A stretch of 32,000 nt of DNA from Candidatus Saccharimonadota bacterium (lineage in GTDB: Bacteria; Pseudomonadota; Gammaproteobacteria; Burkholderiales; Burkholderiaceae), in NCBI RefSeq assembly GCF_964019745.1, contig NZ_OZ026462.1:270001-302000 (forward strand), in the 5' to 3' direction. The position numbers and the translations under genes are program-made. Below, one piece after another: positions 18,811 through 26,970 of this stretch (positions within the stretch are counted from its first letter, which is position 1; every line of letters starts with the position of its first letter). The notes beneath the pieces are model-generated. The model was not told the origin of the DNA. It was given only the letters and a program-made list of their open reading frames with translations, and made no database searches.

Positions 18811-19890
18811 ATGATATCTTCTATTAAGTGGTTTAATTTTCAAAGACAAAATTTAAATGGTAAGATTACAACTTTAAAAGCTTGGTCTGAAACAAAATTA
18901 AAAGTTAATATTAAAAAACGTAAAATTTTAAAAAAAAGTATTAAAAAATTATTAAAAATTAAAAAAGCTGTTTTAATAGCTCATTATTATGTAAATAATG
19001 ATTTACAAGATATTGCTGAAGAAACAGGTGGATGTGTAGCTGATTCTTTAGAAATGGCTCGTTTTGGAAAATATCATAATTTTTCTACTATTATTATTGC
19101 TGGAGTTAAGTTTATGGGTGAAACAGCAAAAATTATTAGTCCAAAAAAAAAAATATTAATGTTAGATATAAATGCAACATGTTCATTAGAATTAGGTTGT
19201 AATTTTAATGATTTTAATGATTTTTGTAATAAACATCCAGAAAGAATTGTTGTAGTTTATGCAAATACTAATGCTTTAATTAAAGCTAGGGCTGATTGGA
19301 TGGTAACATCTTCAATAGCTTTAGATGTTATTAATTTTTTACATAATAAAGGGAAAAAAATTATTTGGGCTCCAGATAAGTATTTAGGAAATTATATAAA
19401 ATTAAAAACAAAAGCTGATATGTTAATATGGAATAGTTCTTGTATTGTTCATGAAGAATTTAAAAATTTAGAATTAAAATTAATGAAAAAAAAATATCCA
19501 GATGCATTAGTTTTAGTACATCCTGAATCTCCTATAGATATTATTTCTCAAGCAGATATTGTTGGTTCAACTTCTCAATTAATTTTAGCTTCTCAAAAAT
19601 ATAATGTAAAAAAATTTATAGTTGCTACTGATAAAGGTATTCTTCATAAAATGAAATTATTATCTCCTGAAAAGATATTTTTTATGGCTCCTACTGCTGG
19701 TAATAGTGCAACATGTAAAAGTTGTACACATTGTCCTTGGATGGAAATGAATAATTTAATTAAACTTGAAGAAGTTTTAAAAATAAATTCTAATGAAATT
19801 AAAATTGATACTTTAATAGCAAAAAAAGCTAAAAAATGTATAAAAAAAATGTTAAATTTTTCAAAAAATTTTAAAAATAAATTATTATAA
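18811..19890 (+). CDS. nadA: quinolinate synthase A
   Basis: 359 aa containing LIAHYYVNNDLQDIAEETGGCVADSLEMARFG and three cluster-ligand cysteine regions (ATCSLE, SSCIVHEEF, CKSCTHCPWM). Confidence 0.94.
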   Translation: MISSIKWFNFQRQNLNGKITTLKAWSETKLKVNIKKRKILKKSIKKLLKIKKAVLIAHYYVNNDLQDIAEETGGCVADSLEMARFGKYHNFSTIIIAGVKFMGETAKIISPKKKILMLDINATCSLELGCNFNDFNDFCNKHPERIVVVYANTNALIKARADWMVTSSIALDVINFLHNKGKKIIWAPDKYLGNYIKLKTKADMLIWNSSCIVHEEFKNLELKLMKKKYPDALVLVHPESPIDIISQADIVGSTSQLILASQKYNVKKFIVATDKGILHKMKLLSPEKIFFMAPTAGNSATCKSCTHCPWMEMNNLIKLEEVLKINSNEIKIDTLIAKKAKKCIKKMLNFSKNFKNKLL

Positions 19891-19946
19891 ATAATATTAT
19901 TTTTAATAAATAAAAATATTATTTTTTTTTTAAAAATTTTATTTAA

Positions 19947-20753
19947 ATGAATAAAATTATTAGTGCAGCTATTGAAGAAGATTTAAAAAATTTTGGTGAT
20001 ATTACAAGTAAAATTATTATTTTTAAACAAATAGTTAAAGCAAAAATTATTGTTCGTAGTGATGCTATTTTATGTGGAATGTTTTGGGTTAATTCAATTT
20101 TATCAAAAATTGATAAAAAATTAAGAATTGAATGGAAATTTTCTGATGGAGATTTTGTAAAAAAAGATTCAGAAGTTTGTAATTTAATAGGAAATATACA
20201 TTCTTTATTATTATCTGAAAGAATTATATTAAATTTTTTACAATTATTATCTGGAGTATCAACAATTACTAGAAAATTTGTTAATTTAGTAAAAAATACT
20301 AATACATATATTACAGATACAAGAAAAACTATTCCTGGATTAAGAATTGCACAAAAATACGCAGTAATTGTTGGTGGAGGAATAAATCAACGTTTAGGTT
20401 TGTATGATGGGGTTTTAATAAAAGAAAATCATATAAAAATGTTTGGTGATATAAAAAATATATTAAAAATACTTATTAGAAATAATATTATTTTTCAAAT
20501 AGAAGTAGAAAATATTAATGAATTACATGATGCTTTAAATTTAGGAGCTAATTCAATTATATTAGATAATTTTACATTTGATATGATTAAAGAAAGTGTT
20601 AAAATTAATAAGAATAGAGCTTCTTTAGAAGTTTCTGGTAATATTAATGCTAACAATATTAGAAAAATCGCTGAACTTGATATTGATAGAATTTCTTTAG
20701 GAATTTTAACAAAAAATTTAAAATCTATAGATTTTTCTTTATTAATTTTATAA
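19947..20753 (+). CDS. nadC: nicotinate-nucleotide diphosphorylase (quinolinate phosphoribosyltransferase)
   Basis: 268 aa containing SERIILNFLQLLSGVST, DTRKTIPGLRIAQKYAVIVGGGINQRLGLYDGVLIKENH and SLEVSGNIN. Confidence 0.94.
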   Translation: MNKIISAAIEEDLKNFGDITSKIIIFKQIVKAKIIVRSDAILCGMFWVNSILSKIDKKLRIEWKFSDGDFVKKDSEVCNLIGNIHSLLLSERIILNFLQLLSGVSTITRKFVNLVKNTNTYITDTRKTIPGLRIAQKYAVIVGGGINQRLGLYDGVLIKENHIKMFGDIKNILKILIRNNIIFQIEVENINELHDALNLGANSIILDNFTFDMIKESVKINKNRASLEVSGNINANNIRKIAELDIDRISLGILTKNLKSIDFSLLIL

Positions 20754-20778
20754 TTTAATAAATAATTTATTTATTAAA
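20754..20778. repeat. 25-nt perfect A/T-only palindrome just after the nadC stop
   Basis: TTTAATAAATAA (20754-20765) and TTATTTATTAAA (20767-20778) are exact reverse complements around T20766. Function as a bidirectional terminator is only speculative, because the stem is all A-T. Confidence 0.6.
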
Positions 20779-20821
20779 TAAATAAATAAATAAATAAATA
20801 TTAAATATTAAATATTAAATA
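20775..20821. repeat. adjacent microsatellites (TAAA)x6 then (TTAAATA)x3-4 in the nadC/nadB convergent spacer
   Basis: By direct reading, TAAA repeats span 20775-20798 and TTAAATA repeats span about 20795-20821. Confidence 0.8.
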
Positions 20822-20825
20822 TTTT

Positions 20826-22403
20826 TTATTTTATAATTGTATTTATTTTTATATTTGAAATTTTAGGATAATTATTAATATAATAAGCGCCTCTACTTTC
20901 TTTTCTATTTAATGCACTTTTAATTATTATAAAAGATATTTTTATTAAATTTCTTAATTCTAAAATAATTTTAGAAATTTTATTTTTTAAAAAATAAATA
21001 TTAATTTTTTTATTTAAAAAGAAAATATATTTTTTTGTTAATAATAATTTATAAATTGTTTTAATTATTCCTACATTTTTCCACATTAATAATCTTAAAT
21101 TATTTTTAATTTTAAATATTTTTTTTTTTTTAAAAATTTTATTTATATAAATATTATTGTAAAATAAATTTTTACTTTTATAATTTTTTTTTTTTTTTAT
21201 ATATTTATAAATATTATAACCAGAAACTAAACATTCTAATAAAGAATTGCTTGCTAAACGATTAGAACCATGTAAACCTGTAAAAGTTGTTTCTCCTCCT
21301 GCATAAAGTCCTATTATATCAGTACAACCAAAAGTATTAGTTAATATTCCTCCACATATATAATGTGCCGCTGGTATAATAGGTATAGGTTCTTTAGTAA
21401 TATTAATTTTATGTAATAAACAGTTTTTATAAATATAAGGAAAATATTTTTTAATAAAAAAAGAATTTTTATGACTTATATCTAAATTTAAAAAATTAAG
21501 TTTTAAATTTTTCATTTCATTATTAATAGCTCTAGTTACTATATCTCTTGGAGCTAATTCTAATTTTTTAGAATATTTATACATAAATCTTGATGAATTA
21601 AAAATATTATTAATAATATTTTTAGGGATTGTTAATATTGCTCCTTCTCCTCTTAAAGCTTCACTAATTAATAATTTTCTTTTATATTTATTTTTATATA
21701 AACATGTTGGATGAAATTGCATAAATTCCATATTTACTATTCTACATTTTGCTCTAGCAGCTATTGCAATTCCATCTCCTGTAGAGGAATTAGAGTTAGA
21801 AGTATGAGCATAAATATTACCTATACCACCTGTTGTTAAAATAATATTATTAGAATAAATATTAATTATTTTATTATTTTTAATATTTAAAACTTTTATT
21901 CCTATACATTTTATTTTTTTATTTTTTATTTTTGTTATGATAATATCAATTAAAAAATGTTTTTTTAATAATAAAATATTTTTTTTTTTTTTTATTTTTT
22001 TTTTTAAATTTTTTTGTATTTTTAAACCAGTATTATCTTTTATATGAATTATTCTTCTTTTGGAATGTCCACCTTCAATTGTTAAATGATATTTTTTATT
22101 TTTTTTTGTAAAATTTATATTTTTTTTAATTAACCATTTAATATTTTTTTTAATATTTTTAATAAAAAAAGTTACAGATTCTTTATTACAAATTCCTACT
22201 CCAGCATTTAAAGTATCTTTTATATGATTTTTATAAGTATCATTTTTTTTTAAAACTGTCGCAATACCCCCTTGAGCTTTTATACTAGCACCACTTAATA
22301 ATTTATTTTTAGTTATTAAAATAATATTATTTGTTTTTGATAAATGTAAAGCTGTTATAAAACTTGTTAATCCACTTCCTATTATTATTATATTAAATTT
22401 CAT
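20826..22403 (-). CDS. nadB: L-aspartate oxidase
   Basis: 525 aa with the FAD-binding N-terminus IIIIGSGLTSFITAL plus AQGGIA, HPTCL, RGEGAIL, HYICGGI, GLHGSNRLASNSLLE and ESRGAYY motifs. Confidence 0.95.
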   Translation of the reverse strand: MKFNIIIIGSGLTSFITALHLSKTNNIILITKNKLLSGASIKAQGGIATVLKKNDTYKNHIKDTLNAGVGICNKESVTFFIKNIKKNIKWLIKKNINFTKKNKKYHLTIEGGHSKRRIIHIKDNTGLKIQKNLKKKIKKKKNILLLKKHFLIDIIITKIKNKKIKCIGIKVLNIKNNKIINIYSNNIILTTGGIGNIYAHTSNSNSSTGDGIAIAARAKCRIVNMEFMQFHPTCLYKNKYKRKLLISEALRGEGAILTIPKNIINNIFNSSRFMYKYSKKLELAPRDIVTRAINNEMKNLKLNFLNLDISHKNSFFIKKYFPYIYKNCLLHKINITKEPIPIIPAAHYICGGILTNTFGCTDIIGLYAGGETTFTGLHGSNRLASNSLLECLVSGYNIYKYIKKKKNYKSKNLFYNNIYINKIFKKKKIFKIKNNLRLLMWKNVGIIKTIYKLLLTKKYIFFLNKKINIYFLKNKISKIILELRNLIKISFIIIKSALNRKESRGAYYINNYPKISNIKINTIIK

Positions 22404-22580
22404 TTTTTTTATTTATTATATATAATATATATATATTATTTTTATAAAAAATATAATTTTTAAAAATTACATTAAATAATTTATTTTTATATTATAATTT
22501 ATATATATTAAAATTAATTAATATTTTTTTAAGATATTTTTTATAGAATTAAAAAAATAAATATTTTTAAATAATATTTT

Positions 22581-22904
22581 ATGACACATGTAGTTACTGA
22601 ATCTTGTATACAATGTCGTTATACAGATTGTGTAGATGTTTGTCCTGTTGATTGTTTTAGAGAAGGTATTAATTTTTTAGTTATTGACCCTGAAGAATGT
22701 ATAGATTGTGCTGTTTGTGTAGCAGAATGTCCAGTTAATGCTATTTATGCTGAAGAAGATGTACCAAAAAATCAATTTGATTTTATTGAACTTAATAAAA
22801 AGTTATCTAGTAATTGGTTACAAATTACAAAAAAAAAAGAAGCTTTAAAAAGTTCAGAAAAATGGAAAAATATAAAAAATAAAAAACATCTTTTAAAGAT
22901 TTAA
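22581..22904 (+). CDS. fdxA: 7Fe ([3Fe-4S][4Fe-4S]) ferredoxin, FdxA type
   Basis: 107 aa with [29 protein letters not shown]...[16 protein letters not shown], the canonical Azotobacter-type ferredoxin I pattern. Confidence 0.95.
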   Translation: MTHVVTESCIQCRYTDCVDVCPVDCFREGINFLVIDPEECIDCAVCVAECPVNAIYAEEDVPKNQFDFIELNKKLSSNWLQITKKKEALKSSEKWKNIKNKKHLLKI

Positions 22905-22972
22905 TTATTTTTTTATATAAAATATTTTAAAAATATCTTAATAATTAATTATTATTGTTATAATAAATATAT

Positions 22973-24010
22973 ATGAATAAAAATATTATTAAAACTGATG
23001 CATTAATTATTGGTGCTGGACCAGTAGGTTTATTTCAAATTTTTGAATTAGGTTTATTAGAAATTAAAGTTCATATTATTGATTCTTTAAAAAATATTGG
23101 AGGTCAATGTATAGAATTATATCCTGATAAACCAATATATGATATCCCTGCTGTTCCAGTGTGCACTGGAAAACAATTAATTAATAATTTATTAAAACAA
23201 ATTGAACCATTTAATCCTATTTTTCATTTAAATCAAGAAGTTTTAAATATTAAAAAAAGAAAAGATAATTTTTTTAATGTAGAAACAAATATAGGAACAA
23301 AATTTATTACTAAAACTATTTTTATTGCTGCAGGGGTTGGTTCATTTAAACCAAGAGAATTAAAAGTATCAGGGATAAATAAATTTAAAAACTCTCAACT
23401 ATTTTATAATGTTAAAAATATTAATTTTTTTAAAAAAAAAAATATTATTATTTGTGGAGGAGGAGATTCAGCTTTAGATTGGACTTTAAATTTATTAAAA
23501 ATAGCAAAAACTGTAACTTTGATACATAGAAGAGATAATTTTAGAGCTTCTCCGTTATCTGTTTCTAAAATGAAATCTTTATGTTTAGAATATAAAATGC
23601 AATTTTTAATAGGTCAAATAATAGGTTTTAATATTAATAAAGAAAAAAAATTATCTGAAATTAAAATTATAAGTACTGATAATGTAATACGTCGTGTACC
23701 TTTAGATATGCTTTTAGTTTTTTTTGGATTATCTCCTAAACTTGGAGCAATAAGTAATTGGGGATTAGATATAAATAGAAAACAAATAATTATTAAAAAT
23801 CTTGAAACATTTGAAACAAATATACCGGGGATTTTTGCAATTGGTGATATTAATATTTACCCAGGAAAAAAAAAATTAATTTTATCAGGTTTTCATGAAG
23901 CGGCTTTAGCTGCTTTTGGTTCAAGTATTTATATTTTTCCTAAAAAAAAAATATTTATGCAATATACAACAACATCTCCAAAATTACATAAAATTTTAGG
24001 TATTAAATAA
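22973..24010 (+). CDS. ferredoxin-NADP(+) reductase, thioredoxin-reductase-like type
   Basis: 345 aa containing [61 protein letters not shown] and GDIN.YPGK. This matches the TrxR-like FNR family found in Burkholderiales. Confidence 0.9.
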   Translation: MNKNIIKTDALIIGAGPVGLFQIFELGLLEIKVHIIDSLKNIGGQCIELYPDKPIYDIPAVPVCTGKQLINNLLKQIEPFNPIFHLNQEVLNIKKRKDNFFNVETNIGTKFITKTIFIAAGVGSFKPRELKVSGINKFKNSQLFYNVKNINFFKKKNIIICGGGDSALDWTLNLLKIAKTVTLIHRRDNFRASPLSVSKMKSLCLEYKMQFLIGQIIGFNINKEKKLSEIKIISTDNVIRRVPLDMLLVFFGLSPKLGAISNWGLDINRKQIIIKNLETFETNIPGIFAIGDINIYPGKKKLILSGFHEAALAAFGSSIYIFPKKKIFMQYTTTSPKLHKILGIK

Positions 24011-24221
24011 TTTTTTTTTAATAATTTGAATAATTTACTAAAATGAAAGAAAAAAATAAAAAAATTTTATTGATATTATATATAAAATATTTTAATTAAA
24101 AATTTTATTAAAAAAAAATTATATTATTAATATGTAAAAAAAATTTTTAAATTTTAAATAATATTTATATAAAATTATTTATAATAAATTTTTTAATAAA
24201 ATAAATTAAATTATTAAAATA

Positions 24222-25187
24222 ATGATTATTAATAAATATATTTTTTTAAAAATTTCTAAAAAATATATAGGACAAAGAATTGATAATTTTCTTTTAAATT
24301 TTTTAAATAATTTTAATAGAAATTATATATATAAAATATTACGTTTAGGTAAAATAAAAATAAATAAAAAATGTGTTAAATATTATTATAAATTAGAAAA
24401 AAATAATATACTAAAATTACCTTTAATAAAAAATCAAAATCAAAATCAAAATCAAAATCAAAATCAAAATCAAAATCAAAATCAGAATAATAAAATATTA
24501 AAAATTAAATTAAATATTTTATATGAAGATAAATATCTTTTAATAATAAATAAAAAATTTGGTATAGCAGTACATTCAGGGTCAGGTATTAATTTTGGTT
24601 TAATTGAAAATATTAGAAAAAATAATAAAAATAAAACTAATTTTTATGAATTAGTTCATAGAATAGATAGATATACATCAGGAATTTTATTAATAGCTAA
24701 AAAACGTTCTTGTTTAAAATTTTTACATGAACAAATGCGTAATAAATTAATAAAAAAATATTATTTAGTTTTAGTATATGGAATTTGGAAAAATATTTAT
24801 AATAATATAAAATTATATTTAGGTAAAAAAAAAATTAATAATGAAAAATATATTTGTATTAAAAATAATGGTAAATTTTCTTATACAAAATTTGTTTTAA
24901 TTAATAAATATAAAAATTTTTCTTTATTAGAAGCTGAATTAAAAACTGGTTATACACATCAAATTCGTGTTCATTTATCTTCTATAGGTTTTCCTATTGT
25001 TGGTGATAAAAAATATGGTAATCATATTTTAAATAATTATTTAAAAAAAAAAAATAAAAATTTAATTTTTAAAAAAATGTTTTTGCATTCATATAAAATA
25101 TATTTTATTCATCCTAAAAAAAAAAAAAAAATTTTTTTAATTTCTAAATTACCTAAAAAATATTTAAATTTTTTAAAAAAACTTTAA
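24222..25187 (+). CDS. rluC: 23S rRNA pseudouridine synthase RluC
   Basis: 321 aa with an S4 domain (GQRIDNFL...IYKILRLGKIKINKK) and a catalytic domain (VHSGSGINFGLIENIR, ELVHRIDRYTSGILLIAKK, GYTHQIRVHL) that aligns closely with E. coli RluC as I recall it. Confidence 0.88.
   Translation: MIINKYIFLKISKKYIGQRIDNFLLNFLNNFNRNYIYKILRLGKIKINKKCVKYYYKLEKNNILKLPLIKNQNQNQNQNQNQNQNQNQNNKILKIKLNILYEDKYLLIINKKFGIAVHSGSGINFGLIENIRKNNKNKTNFYELVHRIDRYTSGILLIAKKRSCLKFLHEQMRNKLIKKYYLVLVYGIWKNIYNNIKLYLGKKKINNEKYICIKNNGKFSYTKFVLINKYKNFSLLEAELKTGYTHQIRVHLSSIGFPIVGDKKYGNHILNNYLKKKNKNLIFKKMFLHSYKIYFIHPKKKKKIFLISKLPKKYLNFLKKL
24432..24485 (+). repeat. in-frame hexanucleotide microsatellite, (AATCAA)x8 plus AATCAG, encoding (NQ)9 inside rluC
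   Basis: Direct reading. The first AAT codon at 24432 is in the rluC frame (24222 + 210). The repeat lies in the linker between the S4 and catalytic domains. Confidence 0.95.
25103..25138. repeat. arm 1 of a perfect 36-bp inverted repeat (TTTTATTCATCCT-A16-T7) at the rluC 3' end
   Basis: The exact reverse complement occurs at 26064-26099. It encodes (F)IHPKKKKKIF. Confidence 0.85.
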
Positions 25188-25473
25188 AAATTAAATTAAT
25201 ATTTTTATGTTAAATAATATTAAAATTAATAATAATAATTTTTATAAAAATAAATAATTTATTAATTTTGTTATTAAAAAATTAAAATTTTTATTTAAAA
25301 GTTAATAAAAATATTTTATATTTAATATAAATAAATTATTAAATTAAAATTAATTAATAAAATAAATTTGTTATTTTTAAAAAAATAATTTTTATAAAAA
25401 AAATTTATATATAATTTTTATAAAATTTAAAAATATTAATAAATTATTAAAATTTTATTTTTTTTTATATATA

Positions 25474-25546
25474 CGGAGTGTAGCGCAGTTGGTAGCGCAC
25501 CTGGTTTGGGACCAGGGGGTCCAAGGTTCAAATCCTTGTACTCCGA
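25474..25546 (+). tRNA. tRNA-Pro (anticodon UGG)
   Basis: Manual fold: acceptor CGGAGTG/TACTCCG (C1:G72), D arm GCGC-AGTTGGTA-GCGC, anticodon stem CCTGG/CCAGG, loop TTTGGGA, T arm CAAGG-TTCAAAT-CCTTG. CCA is not encoded. Confidence 0.9.
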
Positions 25547-25560
25547 AAATAAAAAAAAAT

Positions 25561-25634
25561 CTGCCTTTAGCTTAATAGGATAGAGCAATGGCCTTCTAAG
25601 CCATAGGTTATGGGTTCGAAACCCTTAAGGCAGA
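25561..25634 (+). tRNA. tRNA-Arg (anticodon UCU)
   Basis: Manual fold: acceptor CTGCCTT/AAGGCAG, D arm GCTT-AATAGGATA-GAGC, anticodon stem ATGGC/GCCAT, loop CTTCTAA, T arm ATGGG-TTCGAAA-CCCTT with one U-U mismatch. Confidence 0.88.
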
Positions 25635-26020
25635 TTATTATTATTTTAATAAAATTTAATTTATATTAATATTTTTATTTATATTATAAGTAATAATTAT
25701 TATTAATTAAAAATTTTTAAAATTTATTTTTTTTAAATTATTTAAAATATATATTTTAATAATATAAAATATATTATATTTTTTTATAAAAATATTAATT
25801 TAATATATAAAAATATAAATATTATATTTTTATATTTTATTTAAATTAAAAATTTTTTTAAAAATATATATATTTTAAATAAAAATAATAATGTAATTTA
25901 TTAAATTAAGTAATATTTTAAATATTAATAATATTTTTTTTATATATATTATATTTTATAAAAATATTTTTAAAATTTTTATAAAAAAATAAAATTATTT
26001 TAATAATTAATTTTAAAAAA

Positions 26021-26926
26021 TTATTTTAATAAATTTAAAAAATAAGAAGATAATTTTATAGTAAAAAAAATTTTTTTTTTTTTTTTAGGATGAATAAAAG
26101 AAATTTTTTTTGCTATTAAAGCTTGATATTTAAATTTATAAATATTTTTTTTTTTTCCATATAAATTATCTCCTATTAAAGGAAATCCTAAATTTTTCAT
26201 ATGTATTCTTATTTGATGTGTTCTTCCTGTTTTTATTTTACAATATATAAAACTAACTTTTACTTTTTTTATTTTACTAATTGCTAAACGTTTATAGTAA
26301 GTTATAGATTTTTTAAAAATATTTTTTTTTGAAATAGTCATTTTTTTTCTATTTTTAAAATCTCTAATAATACAATTATTAATTATACCTTTTTTATTAA
26401 TATGCCCCCAAACTAAAGCTAAATAATATTTATTTATAATACGATCTTTAAATTGTTTTATTAATTTATAATAAGAAAATATAGTTTTAGCAATAATCAT
26501 AATACCACTAGTATTTTTATCTAATCTATGTATTATACCTAATCTGGGAATATTTATTAATTTTGGATATTTATATAATAATCCATTAAATAATGTTCCA
26601 TACCAATGCCCAGGCGCAGGATGTACAACAATCTTTATTGGTTTATTAATAATTAAAATTTCTTGATCTTCATATATACATTTAAAAAAAATTTTTTCTC
26701 CTAAAAAACATTTTTTTTTATTATTTTTTTTAAAAATAATTTTTATAATTTTAAAATTTTTATTTTTTATTGATTTTTTAATAAATTTATTATTTATAAA
26801 AATATTTTTTTTTTTTATTAAATATTGAATATAATTACGAGAAAATATAGGAAATAAAATAGATAAGATTTTATCAATTCTTAAATTATAAAAATTATTG
26901 TTTAATATAATATAATAAATTTTCAA
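26021..26926 (-). CDS. rluD: RluA-family 23S rRNA pseudouridine synthase, RluD-like
   Basis: 301 aa with an S4-like N-terminus (LRIDKIL...SRNYIQYLIKKKNIFINNK) and a catalytic core (IIHRLDKNTSGIMIIAKT, KTGRTHQIRIHM, PLIGDNLYG). The track start at 26926 is TTG, and there is no nearby ATG. Confidence 0.82.
   Translation of the reverse strand: MKIYYIILNNNFYNLRIDKILSILFPIFSRNYIQYLIKKKNIFINNKFIKKSIKNKNFKIIKIIFKKNNKKKCFLGEKIFFKCIYEDQEILIINKPIKIVVHPAPGHWYGTLFNGLLYKYPKLINIPRLGIIHRLDKNTSGIMIIAKTIFSYYKLIKQFKDRIINKYYLALVWGHINKKGIINNCIIRDFKNRKKMTISKKNIFKKSITYYKRLAISKIKKVKVSFIYCKIKTGRTHQIRIHMKNLGFPLIGDNLYGKKKNIYKFKYQALIAKKISFIHPKKKKKIFFTIKLSSYFLNLLK
26064..26099. repeat. arm 2 of the perfect 36-bp inverted repeat, at the rluD 3' end
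   Basis: Plus strand A7-T16-AGGATGAATAAAA is the reverse complement of 25103-25138. Confidence 0.85.
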
Positions 26927-26970
26927 AATAATATTTAATTAAAATATATAAATTAAAAATAATTATATTT

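Noticed and set aside
24043-24099. 18-codon ORF (MKEKNKKILLILYIKYFN) in the FNR-rluC spacer
   Set aside because: It shows no conservation signal, no RBS, and composition identical to the surrounding non-coding DNA.
24432-24485. The regular repeat as a possible CRISPR array or regulatory array
   Set aside because: The unit is only 6 nt, has no spacers, and lies in frame inside rluC. It is a coding microsatellite.
25635-26020. Possible small ncRNA (tmRNA, RNase P RNA, 4.5S or 6S) or eroded pseudogene in the long spacers around tRNA-Pro/Arg
   Set aside because: Structured RNAs in this genome should appear as GC islands, as the tRNAs do. These spacers have 0-2% G/C and no stem-forming GC segments. 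Pseudogene remnants cannot be recognised by eye in pure A/T sequence.
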